DNA of 64,000 bases, from positions 31,000,001-31,064,000 of the forward strand of contig CM060731.1 in NCBI GenBank assembly GCA_030704615.1. Direction: 5' to 3'. Below are positions 22,733-36,917 of this stretch, piece after piece (positions within the stretch are counted from its first letter, which is position 1; every line of letters begins with the position of its first letter). This DNA comes from Takakia lepidozioides. Its lineage: Eukaryota; Plantae; Bryophyta. Position numbers and translations under genes: made by a program. Under the pieces are notes generated by a model. That model saw only the letters and a list, made by a program, of their open reading frames with translations. It was not told the origin of the DNA and made no database searches.

Positions 22733-25700
22733 ATGGATTTGAGGGAGGCAAATACAGTAACTAGGGATCTCCTTTTTCGGAAGATTGGCGTGGATATTCC
22801 CCTGAATGGAGGATCGCAAGCGTTTTCGGAACAAACTCCAGCGCGGGCTCTTGCTGTCTCGAACCAGTTCGGAATTGCCTTCTTTGCGAATTCTACAGGT
22901 GAGTGGAGATTTCACAGATGTTGCAACCAACACGTGAGCTTCAGTGAGTTGGGATGGTAATTCTGATATAATCGTAACGTCGGTGTCACCTGCCGTTCCA
23001 TTGCCAATCGCATGGTCGAGTCCAGCTAGGATCCCTAGCTATGCTACCAAGGCAGATTGTTTTGCAAATGGATGATTGGTGGGAGACGATGGAGTTTGTA
23101 CTGAGACACTTCGTAAGGCTGTGTCACGTGAAAAGCACATCTTACCTTTCTCCCCCGTTTGGCTCAGTTTGAGGGTCCAGGAAAGCTGTGAACCTCCTTG
23201 GTTCTAAAATTTGGGGGAATACTCGTAACAAGAACAAACTATGGTACGTAGTGCTTTTTTGGAAGAAAATGTGGAAAGCTATACATAACCTCACCTACAG
23301 AGATGGGTCCCAATTCTAAGGCGGGAAAAGCATACCTTACCTTTCTCCTCCCTTTGGCTCAGTTTGAGGGTCTAGACAATGCAGGAAAGCTGTGAATCTC
23401 CTTGGTTCGAAGTTTTGGGGGAATACTCTCTTTTGGAAGAAAATCTAGAAAGCCATACGAACTCACCACAAAATTGCGTCCAATTCTTAGTCGCGCCACC
23501 ACAACAAGGATAGACCTAATTGTAGTCCTCCCCCTTGTTACCCGCTCATGCAAACTGAGTGAAGGTGGCCAAAAGGCTGTGGCACACTCTCTATCTCCCT
23601 CCCTCATCACACACACATGCATACAAAGCAAATGTGTAAAGAGTACCTTTCTATGCCCTGGGCTGCAACCTCCCCTTTGCTGTAATGAGGTCCACTCTCT
23701 GACTGCATGTTTGTCACTGCCTTATCCTAAGCTTCTATCAAAAGCTGCACATTAGTCGGGCCTTTGAAATAATTGGATAGATCCGACTCTGGGTAGAGTC
23801 CAGCCGCAAGGATTGAGACATATTGCTAAGTTTGGTAGGGGGAAGAGAGTCGAGGAGGATGCAAGTAAAACTATCGTCCCTTGGTCACACTGTAAGTGGC
23901 CATTATAAGTGTATCTTCTAGATGTAGGAGTTCCCTTGAGAAATGGTGGTATGTGCTGGCTCTTGGAATCACTAATTTCTGGGTATGTGTGAGCAGGGTT
24001 TTCAGTCACAAAAACCTCAACTTTAGTGCAACTGGCCCAGCACTTGAAGGATGGCGCAGATGACAAAACGGCACAGGATGACTGTTACCTGAGTTTATCA
24101 GTCCCAGACATCCATTTGCTATCTCTTTCAAGAGACGAGCTGACACTGGCAGTGTGTACGGGGGAACATTCCATAGAGCTTTATGATGTGCCAACTCTAA
24201 TCCATAAGGTGACTTTTCCCTCTTCCTCACTGTCAAAGCCTTAACACTTGATATGAAATCTTCAAGCCTTTGGACTTTTGGGGCAGAGATATTAGTTTCT
24301 TTTTGTGGTCCAACTGCTATGCATTGTGGCTAGAGTTCTTTCTGCGTTAATGCAGGCACCAAATGGTAGTGTGCTCAACACAAACGGTTTTCAGGCACCA
24401 GAGGACTTACCTGAACCACATGAGTTTGTGAGGTACTTTTGCCTTGGCCTTACGTGTGCGACAATACCTGTCACATGATGCAGTTGGACAAGAACCCATT
24501 CGAAACAACAAATGTCCCAGGAGGCTTTGCCAAGGATCTGGGTTGGAGTCCTGCCGACAATGGCATTTACCTGTTTCTATCCAGTCAAGGCCAGCTCTTC
24601 CGTGGGCAGATTGGGGCAAACCAGAAGTGTTTGGTGGAGAGAGGCGTAGTGGCAGGTAACTTGCTCTCCCTTTCCCCAAGCCATTTCCTCCCTTCTCCTC
24701 TTATACACTGCTTCTGTAAGTAGCTGTCAGGTAGTCAACGAAGTGAGCATGCATTTTCCAACTTGACAAATTCTACACTCTAGTCACTGATTTTGTCGAG
24801 TTATGAATGAGATGGAGTCATATTCAGATTGCTTCAGTTCTGTCTGGACAAAGAGATCGAGTCTGTGCCATCCTCTTTTATGTAGGTTTCCGCACTCCCT
24901 TCCAAGAGAGCATCGAAACCCAACAACATTGCATGTGCTTGTGTGTTTGTTATGAATGATGCATATTATGTGTTTGTTGTCAGCTTCCTGGAGTCCAGAT
25001 GGAAAGCATGTTGCATATGCAACAGAGGGCAGATCATTGCACATTGCTACATCAAATTTTGAAAGCTCATTTGTACTCGAGCTCCCAGCCCAGCTTAGTG
25101 AGGACGACAACAACCTGCAGTTGCATGGTAGGTCACTTGGTGGTTTAGCAGGGAAGATCTCTACTTTCAGGCTCGTTAATTTTGCACAAGTGTATGCAAA
25201 TGTAGGGATCATCTTTCTTCCCCAAGTCATTTATTTTAATAAAATTTCTAGAAGTTTTGTAGTCTTTAGAGTGTCCCTTTCTCGATAAGCACTTCAAACC
25301 TTCTGCACATCAACCAGAACATAGGGGTAGATAATCTACCAAACAGGAATGCAGCTGGGTGGCCATATGTTTGTGATCATTAGTCAACTGCTGGAGGTTC
25401 CAACGGGTGGCACTGTGTTATGGGAAATAGCCACACGTTATGTGTCCTGAGGTCAAATGTACCCATGTCCTATGCTGCAGACTGCATGATGTTCTAAGGG
25501 GAGGATTGGGTACAACATGCCAGCTGGCACTGTCTGTGGGTTTTTAAAAAGTGCACCTCTTACTGTACGTGGGTCAAGGAGGCACTGATGTACATGAGAG
25601 TCCATCATTGTCATTCTGCTTCTTTCTCCTTAGGTGTGGACTAACTTACCGAAAATCTATGGCTGCTGTCTTGTTTGACAGTGGAGAGCATACGCTGGGT

Positions 25701-28700
25701 GCGCCCCGATAGCTTGCTGGTTTCTTACATACGAAGCAATAAGGATGGGGAGGAGGATGACTGCCCCCTCTTCCTTCTCACTTCTAGGAATGGAGACCTT
25801 GCAAAGGCAAACTTGAATCCTTCATTTTTTGGGGGTCTATGCATGACACGTTTGTGGTTATTTTTATTGCAATGAGTGTTTAATCAGGGCCCCCACATTA
25901 TGTAGTTCTCTCTTTGTTCCTCTCTCTCTCTTGTGTACCCAGCTACATGTGATTTATGCTATCAGAAGGGAAAAGTCTGACATTAGTTTTGATTTTATGG
26001 TAAAGAAGGGAAGAATCAGCTTCTTTTCCGTCCTCACCTTGTGAAGGTGCTCCTCTTTTGCAATGCAAATTGTCTGGCCACCAGTCCATGGCAATCAATG
26101 ACTGATCAGACATCTCGTGTCTGATAAACATTGGCATACATTGTGCTTCTAGACATTCATTGTGTTTGGGAGAGGAATCTGTAAAGCTGTTTGCTGTCTT
26201 TTGTTGGTCGTGCAGGAAGGTGGAGGTACAGAAGGGGTGGTTTTTTGTCACCTTTTTCCATCCACTGACCCATCTGTCAGTCCAACTGGAATTGGGCCTT
26301 TCATGCTGGCCGAATACCTAGAGTCCTGGTATGGTAGACATGTGCTACCTGGGTTTTTTCATAGGGCTTGGAGTATGGTGTGTATTTAGAGATAATCAAG
26401 AAGTTAGGAAAATTGGTTATTAGATTCAACTAGAATCTGTAATTTGGATAAGTGTCTTGTGAATTGAGTCACCAACTTTGAAAACTGTAGTAATAAAAAA
26501 TCCTCCCAACGACATGAAGAACACAGTGAATACAAATATAATTTCTTGCAGAGAGCTCACATTGAAGTTGTTCAGCACAAGAGGCACAGTAGGTGATTGA
26601 GAACCAATGCTGTAGAATTAATTATCATTGGAACATATGGTTTGATATAAACAACACAAGGGAACTTCCAGCCATCTACCAAAGGCCCGAACCGGTTATG
26701 GGACGAGTGAGAGAGAAAAGCTCAAACCAAGGCCTGGCAACCTGTCTGCGGATATCAGGAAGAGCTTCTGCTGAGAGCCCTCGCATGTTATTTTGCATCA
26801 TTGATGCCGCTTCAACACTATGTTAAGCTACATCTTTCATGATAACCACAGTGCTGTGATGGTCTGGTTTTGCGACCACTGGACAATCTTTGCTTGCTTT
26901 GTAGTGGGTGCAAGCAGTCCTCGATTATTTTGTCTGCTGGTGGGCATCTCATTTCTCAGGAAGATGGTGGTGGCTGCAAATAGGCGCAGTGTAGACGACC
27001 ATATTGTCACTGTGGGTTGGCTTTCTGAAGAAGGTCCATTGCAGGCCTACAACATAGAGCTTAGCAACGATGCCTGGGTGCCACGAATCGAACTTCAAGG
27101 TTCCTTCAAAACGCTGTGTGGCTCAAATCTCTGCGGGGTTATCAATGTTTAGATCTTGAATCGGCTGAAGGGAGCCCATCTATGCTTTGGATGGATGGTT
27201 CCAATTACAAAACAGAGGAGGGAACGAATTCATTTCTGCTCATTTTGACAATGTTAATTTGCAGGCTGGGAATAAAGGCATGATGTTCACGTGTGATGGC
27301 TGGTCAAGGTTGTTCGTTTTTGTAATTAGAGTACTGGTGTTGTTATTCCAATACCGGAGATTTCTGGTTACATCTGTGCATGAATGGATGGGTACCCTTT
27401 GGCATTTGTATAATTCAGTCGGACTTGGGTGGGAAGTAGATTGTGTTGATTTAAAGAATTATCAGAATGGAAATGTTGATGAAATGGGGGACCGAGTAAG
27501 CAGAGAGGATGGTGTTGGCTATGGCAGAGAATGGGGACGACAATGTCTTACTGGGGCTAGCCTTGGACCGCACAACTGTTGACCTGCAGCTAGCTGACCC
27601 CCGAGATGACAGTGGGGACACAAAGCTGCCACCATGCCCCATCTTGGTCTGCCTATCTTTTGGAGGGAAGCTAAGCCTCTTCTCAATTGCTAGGTTTGTT
27701 GCCCTGCAACACTTATTGCTGTTGAGAGGGGCCAACGTCTCCTCAAGGGTCTTTTATTACGATGTGGTTTTTGCTTACTTGAGAATGGTAGATTGAGCTT
27801 TCAAACAGTTTCCAGTTTCTTGAGGGAGGGAGGGGGCCCGGGGGGGAGGGAAGAAGAATGTACTCGTTAGATTTGTCTTGTTGTGTGTTAATGGACCCTG
27901 CTCTGAAGTGAACAGTGGAAGAAAGGGGGAAGTGGGGATACAGGAAACAGTAGACAGTAGACAGAAGGGTTCTAACATGGCTGAGGGCTTGCTTGTTAGT
28001 AGGACTAACTTTGATTGATTAAAATGGTTTGGACCTTCCCAATTTTCTCTTAAAAGCTTTCTAGATCACATTATTTGTTCCCCAGTCTCCTTTATGAAGA
28101 AGTTTGGGGTTAAAAGTTGTAGTCGTACTTGCAGGCTTGACAAGATTGACAAGGTCCAGGAACTGGTGTCCCCTCCTTCAGCAATCCCTGAAAGCCAACG
28201 TGGAAGGCCTGTGTCTCCAGGCACTATTGAGGTTGGTATCACCTCGGCTCACTCACAGCCTGCTAGCAAGGTGCCCCCCGACATGCTACAGACGAACAAT
28301 AGACTTTCTGAGGCAGCTATTAAGGTTGTGACCACTCCCACCCAAACACAACAAGCTAGCAAGGTGGCCCCCGATATCAACACACAGTCTCTAGCAAGTA
28401 TTGAGATGACTGCTACACCTACCCAATCAGAACTTGCTGGCAAGGTGCCCCCTGACATATTGCAGAGCGAAGTACCCTCTATTGTGGTTGCTGCTACGCC
28501 TGCCAAATCGCCCCAGGCTAGCAAGGTGCCGCCTGACATGCTACAGACCAGCAACAAACCAGCTGAGGAGCCAGTGGAAGAGGATACATCTTTTTCTTCG
28601 GCGAGTGAGTCAGATAGAGGGGAGGACGATCAGACGGATGAAGAGGAAGTTCCATCGCATTTTGCTGGTGCTGTCATTTTCTCGTGCAATGTGTTTGTCT

Positions 28701-31700
28701 CCCTTCATTGGACCTGCATGCACCCTTCAAGTGCAAATTCATGAGTAGATTGACCTTTGTTGTCAATGGCAATGGAATGTGCAGAGAAATAATCACTAGA
28801 GCTTCTACTCACATGAGAAAGGTTTGATGCTGCTGCAGATAAACCAGGGAAATTGATGAGAGCAGAGAGCAATAGCTCGTCAGACCAGGAAAGTGAGAGT
28901 GCTTCACCAAATGATATACCCCCTCCTTCCAGTCGTCTACAAATCCACCCTGCTCCAGCCTTGAGCATTGTAGCATCCAGTAAACCTGCGAGTGTGGCTC
29001 CTCTCCGTGCAATCAAGAGTGCTCCAGCTGGAGTCGGTCAGATTCAATCAATGGGACCAGCATTCGAACAACCCACGCTCGTTGCCAAACCAGTAAGCGG
29101 GTCCATAAGCCAGGTGCAGCTACCTGCAGGCCAGAGGTCCTCTATTCTCTCAAACACTGGTCAAAGACAAGCACTGATGCATAGCACAGGCCTTTCTGGG
29201 CAAGCAAGCAATGACAAAGGCAGTGGAGCCCGTACATCCACATCATCTGCCTTTTCTCAACCACCACCTGTGCAAGTAGAACGCAGTATTCAGACAGGGT
29301 CTGGCCTCACCAAGACTTCAGAAACATTGGAAAGAGTAGCAACAACCACTGCTGCTATGTCACGGCCATCTGGTTTTTCAGACATGGAAGCAGCCTTTAT
29401 TCTAGAGCTGCAGGAGGCAAGGCTTGTCTCTCTCTTGCTCTCACACATGCGCACTGCACTTTCATAGATGCTGTGTGCCTGGCTGTCATGTGTGTGGATA
29501 ATAGGTGGCAATGGCAGCCATGTTGGAATAGACTTTGTGTTTCCTACCATTATGTCTATACCAGCCCGTATATCAGACGCTAAATTCCCTGAAATGGTGT
29601 TGACTATGCATCCTGCCAAGGCAATTTTGGGACTTTGATGTCTCTCATTAATTTCTCTCTCTCGAAGTAGTTCCTGATTTAGTCTACCATCTCCCATTCT
29701 GGCCCTCTGTGGACATTAAAAGTTTGTTTTATTGTTTGATTTTGCTCTTAGAACCCAAAGTGTGTGGCAGCTTCCCTGCATGAGGCACTTCATCTTTGAC
29801 GAACCTGGGTGTATGTTGATGTGGGTTTTTGTTGTTTCACTTTGGCTCATGGGCCTCAGGGGTCTCTTCTGTCTTGCTTGTCTTGCACGATCCTCAGTCT
29901 ACCTTACAAGGGGATTGTTGCCTTTGACAAATTTTAGTGTATTAGATGTGGACTATTGACCAGATATGTTGTAGTTTATGCTTGCAAGGAACTGTCAGTT
30001 TGTATATCACTTTCTCTCCTTCTATAGCCCTCTGGATGGTGGTGGGTGGACACCCATGGTAGGATCCGTGTTGTGAAGAGCCATGATCATGGCATCGTCA
30101 CTTTCCCCTTTGCACTTGTTCTTTTTGTTTTGCATGTTCTAATGCAGGTTACACACTCTCCAGGTAAAAAGGATGGGAGATGAAGTGGACAAACTGATGG
30201 CTTACATTGAGGGTAGGAGTGAGAAGGTCAGGGACAACGAAGGCTTCACCTTTACAGAGCAGTCTCTAGAAGAGCTGGAGCTTGGCGTATGCAGTCTTGG
30301 CGACAGTTGCAGGAGAATCAGGGTAATGTTCTTTTTCCTCTATTTTGTTTGACCCAGAAGTTTTTATCTATGCTGGAAGGTGGAGCTGCATTTATTTGCC
30401 CACTTGGACCATGGGCTGGGGAAAATAAGGGGATGTAGGGATAAAATGCTCAAATTGTCCTTGATGCATTTGAGCATAAGTCCTTTTAAACAGCTCCCAC
30501 AGGTCCACTGGAGAGAGAAAGCACAACTGTGTTGACAACAGATACAAGTTTAGACAGGCTTACTTTTATGCAATGGTTTGTCTGGGATTGTCTTAACATG
30601 TGCATCTCTTACCACAGGAGGGGCTTGAGGAAGAGAGGCAGGGTATCGAAAGTCTGCAAGATGAGAGTGTGAGAGGTATGCCTCACCAACAGGCTTCAAA
30701 CTCTAGTGTAATGGACTCTATTGGAAACTATGAAACTTGTTGTTGGTGCAGTAACTGACTGAGCCATAAGGGGTACTTCTACCCGAGGCTTGCAACTATT
30801 GACCTTTCAAATATAAGCTCATGGATAGGTGGGTATGTTACTGCCACCCTCAGCCTATGGCATCCCATTGAATGGCCACAAACATGGATGGGCCAGAGTG
30901 GCAAGTGTATACAGTTCGGTATGCACACCCACTGCTTGTCCTAATGCCCTGAATTTCAGACGAAAGGCATGTCCATGGAGTTCATGGTGATCCCCAGGTG
31001 GGCTGATTCAGTCTTTCCAAGTTGTATTCAACCCCTCTCTGCCTGAGCTCCAAAAGCGGATCATGGGTCAGCTTACTACCGCAGTTAACTTATAGGGGGT
31101 TTCATGGACACATGTCCTGAATACTGTTTGGTCAAATTTTGCTAGAAATATGATGGATGCCATTGGCTGGCCATAGGCAAAATCTGGAAAATCCCAAAAA
31201 ACTTGAAGTTTTAGGCTCATTGACTCCAAAAATTTCTGCAAGAGCCAAAGATGCTATGGATCGAATGTGATTACCAAAATGATGGTGGGTAAAGTTTTCC
31301 CCCAGAAAAGGCAGATAATAAGGGGGTGTTGACCCCCCACGAATGCATACAAATAAGCCATACTATGACAAAAGCAAATATCCTGCTAATTGGCAGGCAA
31401 AGAGGGCTATGTTCAAACTCACCAAAAGAAGATAGAATTCAGTTCAAGAAAACCAAATCTGCTATGGAAATATGATCCTTTCACCTTTGGAGAATGGCGC
31501 CTTCAACTTTTTGTCCCTACATGGAACAGCTTTGATTTCTAGATGGATTTGGCCAAATCTTTTTGACAGGTAGATATGGTAGGTACTTACTAGACATCTG
31601 CTATCACCTCTTCTGGGGCCAAAGAAATTGAATTATAATATCTCTGATCGGATGAAGGTAAGAAAATTACCTAAATTTTGGAAGAACAGGTTCAGCCAGT

Positions 31701-34700
31701 TACGGTTTAAAGTTGCCTGTGATAGTAGCTTAGCAATACATTCTGAATTTAAGAGAAGTTTTAGAATGTCCATTTTTCCCAGTCACTGGTGTTTAGAAAT
31801 GAAGACATGGTCTTCAGTCTCTTTTCCAGAAGTCACAAACATGGTTATCAACTTTTGATCTGGTCACCCACAGAATTTGTAGTCTTAGGGTATTTCAGTT
31901 TGGTAGGTGTCTGAGGTAGTGGCAATCGCTATGGTTGGATTCTTGCCTGCCAATTTTTCATGGGCTAAGAGCTGTTAGTACTGGGTCAGAAACAGTTTCA
32001 TCGTAACTGCTGTCAATACAGTGAATGCATGGCGAATCTATGCACAGAGCTTGGCTAAGCAAGCTGCAGACAACCGACACCGACAGCTATGGAGTCAGCA
32101 AAAACTGCCCCCAGATCTGGATGCGAAACGAAGACGTGTTTTCATGGCTGAACAGGTATATTAGTGGAGCAAGTATCCAGGCATTCCTGATGCCTCTTCC
32201 TACCCACTTTCAGATGGTATAACACTGAATGGGCTTCAGCGAGCTCCGTCGTTGACTAGTTTGTTTTAGTAAATTATGGAAGCAAATGCTTTTTATTTCT
32301 TAGGTCAGTTCTCCAGTCTTTGTTTGAGGTTTGCAAATCTCATGTACTGATTTGTCGTATCTGACTCCTATTTCTCAAGTGGATTGGGTCCACCTGTGTC
32401 CATCTCTTGTCTCTCTCATGAACCAATGGGTGGATGTTATTGGGTTTGAATCTTTTGTTCCTTCTTTATTTCCTTTTCCTCTTTTCTACTCTTCTAACTG
32501 GTATAGGGTCTATGGCCACAAGACTATGGCAAGGATGCACTTCTGGGTACATTTTCTCCACAGTGCATTGTGTTTTCAGCAGGGGTCAAGTGGGTGGGTT
32601 CCCTTCTGCAATAGGGAGGCATAGGAAAGCTCATGTGTGCCATAATTTGTTCGGGGAAAGCTCAGGTTTTGAAGGAACAGATAGCTGGACTAGAAGAGCA
32701 TGTCCATCATCTGGAGCTTGATTACCGAAGGCGCCTTATTGGGCCCAAAGGGGGGCAGATTAACCATAGCAGTCGTTTGAGCAAGGGGTGAGTAAGGTTA
32801 CTTTCTTCCATTTGGTTTTGTGTTAGGACTACTTGGTGCTTGAGATTCAAATACAGGATATGTCAGTAGTGTCAGGGTCATCGCATGGATGTGCATTGGG
32901 GGGAAGAGGGGGCTGGGTGGTTTATCCTGTTCACTGTTATCGAATCACAAGATGGTACTCACCTATTGAATCACTGCAAGCAGGCAGGGTCAGTCAGTAC
33001 AGAACGTCTACAACACTGTGAATGGGCTTCTGGCCTCAGCTGAATGTCTCTCTCAGCGCATTACCCAGCAAATGGAATCTCTAAACATCTCCACTCAGCC
33101 AGCAACAGCCTCCAAAATCTTAAAATCTGTGGGCTTATCCATTGACAACGTGTCGCTCCCTGTGCGGCCAGCACTGAATGGGGTAGCATCAAGGCCCCAT
33201 GCTCGGCATCAATTGACTTACTCTCCATCAGCTAGGCCTGCCTCACGGACCACCTCACTTGCCACCCCTCCAAGGCGCTCTCTGACAGCAGACCCAGGTA
33301 TTGGAGCACCATCAACAACGAGGCGAAGGAGGGACTCCATCGATGTGGTAACTGCATTCTGATGTTAATGGCATAGAGTTTGTGTTGGTTCCAGTGATAA
33401 TAGATGGAAGGGACAGAACAAGGCAGACATACATTAATTTGGAGTAGTGTCTTGTCCCCCCTGTGCCTGTGGAGAGGGGCGAGGGATGCCATGAGTCCAG
33501 CCACCCATTGGGACCCACACTAGTGCCTGACCACGATGCCTAATCAGCTTCTCCTGCAGTTAGATAGCAATTATAGAGCTCACCCCCACTTGGGGCAGTA
33601 CCCTCACTTGCTAGGGGAGGTGGCTCTGAGTAACGGTTGGCTTTGTCTGGAGTCTTTTTTCTCTCTCTTAGATAGCCATGGATATCTCTTTCTAACTGAA
33701 CAGGTTGAAAGCTTTGTTGAGATTAGTGATTCCCTGGCCATTGTACATTTTGAAAACCAATATACGCTCGCGCACTTGCTAAACACAGTATTATCATCTT
33801 CATTGCAAAGTTTGATTAATCTCGTTGTGGCTGTTGAACATGTCGTAAAGGTGCGGATACAGATGGGAGGCACGTCACCGAAGACAACTATGAAAAGGAT
33901 GCCACATATTGTATTTACACAGCAGTTAGTTCCTCCTAGTGTGACGAGTGTTTCACCAGCCAATCAAGGACGGCTTCGTTCATCTCAGGTGCTGGAATCT
34001 CCCTCCTCCTTTGTTTGCAGCTAGCTTGTGTTCTGGATATGGTAGTCTACTTCCAGCATGTGATTATGCACTTGAAGATGTTCATAATATTTTTGTATTG
34101 GCAGGATTCCTCGGATGAAGGCACAGCCCAGCCACGGCATGTCAAACGGATCCAGTCCATTCAGATGTCATCAACTTCTTCCAGTTCAACACCTTCTGCC
34201 TTCTTGTCGAGCTCTGAGAACAAGGCATTTTTCAGTAGTGGAGGTGCATCCAGCACCAGTATCTCAGCACCACAACGGTCACTCTCACCCTCTGCATGGC
34301 AGGACCAACAGTCGCTAGATGGTCGACCAGAAGCAAAGAGGACAAGTACCTCCGAGTACCAATCCTTTAGTGTCAAGCCATTAATGATGTTCAGTGGTGG
34401 TTTTTATGCTCCTTTCTGAGGGGATGTGGAAAGTCGTTGTCTAAATCAGAATGGCTTAGGTATTGGTGCTCCACACAAGCGCACACCCTGCAAACCTCCC
34501 TGCAAACCACTGACACTTGTTATGGACATCTCTTTCACAATGGATGTTTTCCCTCGAGGGCAAGTGGGAAGGAAGTGGAGCATTTTCAGAGGCAAAAAAC
34601 TCCAGGTTTGCCTGCAGAAGGCTTGATGCATAACTATCGGTTCTGGGTGTTTGAGACGGTCACTAATTGAGATTCAATGTGTAGCTTACAGACGTGGCTG

Positions 34701-36801
34701 TGTATGTGTTAAACGACAGAGTGCCAAAATGACCGACTTTAATCTTCTGAAATTCCTGGTTTTGCTTGTGGCAGTGTCAAGGGGTCCCCTCTCTTTTGCA
34801 GACAATTCAGCTCAAACATTTGCTTCTTCACGATTTGGGCCAGCACCTTCAAGCATTACCCCTACCCCTACCCTTATTCCAACATCCGTGGCTGCCTTCA
34901 CATCGAACCCTCCTACAGAGAGTTTGTTCAAGTGGGCAAATAGCAGATCACCAACTTCCGCGTCTTCATTCTCATATGTTTGCACATCAGCAGCAGGCAG
35001 GGCTAGTACTGCATCAGCTGTGGACAGAGCCATTCCATCAGGAACACCCACAAGCATCTCTGGGTCAGGTGCAGGGATGGTTTTGTCAACACCATCTGTT
35101 TCTTCAGGCTTTACAAGTGTTGGGTTTGGCTCCAATCAGACACTTGGGATCCAAGCTAGCGGCAAACCTGGTTCTGAAAGCATGCCAAGCATCTCCAACT
35201 TCAGTTCTGAGAGCAATTTGAGGCCTGGATTTCAAAGTGCAAAGCCAGAGAAAGCCGATTTTGGAGCCAAGAGTACCTCAGCTGGAGCTATCCCTCTTTC
35301 TAGTGCAACACCATTCGAAGGAGGAACCTCAGCCAGTTCCCTTGTACAGGAGGCTATTGGAGGGCAAACTGCCACTGCCAGCACGATGTCCTCGATAGCC
35401 TTCCCTTTGAATAATAGGGAAGAGTTGCCTGAAGCGAAGTCCAAAGAAACGAAGGTTGTAGTGCCAACTACTCCCAATGCCCAAGCTGTATTTGAGCAAA
35501 AGGATCTGAGCAAGGCAGTGACAAGTCTGGGTGTCCGTCTTCCCACCCTGCCTTCTGTCTCTATGGCTCCAGCAATCGTCGTCATCCCACCGGCAGCTGA
35601 CAAACCTGTTTCTCTTCTTTCTCAGTTTATTCCAATCCCAGTTTCCAGCCAATCCCCCATCTCTCCACAAGCAGGGCCCCCCTCTTCACCATTGGGGGTG
35701 GAGAATCAAGGAATGTTAGCAACAGCTGCCCCAAAAACCCAGTTCATGTTCCCTGCAGCTACTTCTTCAGCCTCTTCTCTGACCCCTGCACCAACTACAG
35801 CTACAGACCTTGAAGAGGAAGATATGGAGGAGGAACCTATCAGTATAGGATCATCTGGGTTTGCAGGCCTTGGCGGGTTAGGGCTAGGGTCAACCCCCTT
35901 GGCAGCTACAGCTCCAAAAAGCAACCCCTTTGGAGGTCCGTCCCCATTTGCTTCCCAACAATCGTCACCATCATTCTCTTTGGTGCCCCCCCCACAGGGT
36001 CAACTTTTCCGTCCAGCAACATTCAACTTACCATCTGTTCAGTCATCTCCCCAAGCGAGTGGAGCTAGTCCTTTTGGAAGTGGGTTTGGGTCTGCCGCAG
36101 GCAACCCTGTGAGCGGCAGCCTTTTCAGTGCAAACTCAGCAGCAGTGAGTCCAGGGTTTGGGAACCCTACTCAGCCTGGAGTAGGGGGTTTTGGGCAACC
36201 TTCACAGCTTGGACCTGGACAGCAAGCCTTGGGCACTGCCCTGGGAGCATTTGGACAGACCCGGCAAATGGGTGCTGGATTGGCTAGTCCATTTGGAGGT
36301 GGGCTTGGATCGGCGATGGGGGGAGGCTTTGCTAGTGCAGCTACTGGGGGAGGTTTTGCAAGTGCTGCCACTGGTGGAGGGTTTGCAGGAGCAGCAACCG
36401 CAAGTGGGTTTGCAAATGTTGCATCTGGTAAGTCATCAAAAAACCATGACTTATGAATGCCTCATTTTCCTTATTTTGAACTTTCAAGAGATGAAATTTT
36501 TCACCGCGTAGAGGTCCAAGCACTCTTTTTCTTACAAATGAAATACTAACAGAGAATGACATGCTCTCAGTGATTTGCTGCATGTTATCAAAGACCTGGA
36601 CTAGAGGCCTCCTGACTTGTTGATTTCAAAAAAGGTGCTGACTTTGCAGGAGCAGCTGGAGGTGGAGGGTTCAAGGCCTTTAGTGGGAACCAAGGTGGCG
36701 GTGGTGGTTTTGGGACATTTGCAGGAGCAGCGGGGCCAGGTTTTGGTGGCAGCCAAACAACTCCTAACCCGACCCCTCTCTTCACACAGATGAGGAGATA
36801 G
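22733..36801 (+). CDS. NUP214: Nuclear pore complex protein NUP214 (CAN/Nup159 orthologue), multi-exon
   Basis: N-terminal beta-propeller exons (FRKIG...PARALAVS, LSLSRDELTLAV, ASWSPDGK, VESIRWVRPDS, ANRRSVDDHIV, WVPRIELQ, LPPCPILVCLSFGGKL). Coiled-coil exons (LWSQQKLPPDLDAKRRR, AECLSQRITQQM). Acidic EEEDMEEE, FG repeats (GFGQPSQLGPGQQALG, GGGFASAAT) and the plant-typical terminus LFTQMRR*. Confidence 0.92.
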
Positions 36802-36917
36802 TTGACAACAGGTGTCTCTTGTCTGTGGGAGCGTGAACGGAAAGCTTGCAGCCTCGCTGAGGCCTTGGTGAGGTCCTCCAAGCAGCAAGGATGGACAATA
36901 GAGATCCATTTAAAATG

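Noticed and set aside
30760-31980. Transposon inside a NUP214 intron
   Set aside because: The composition is suggestive, but no convincing TIR or TSD pair was found.
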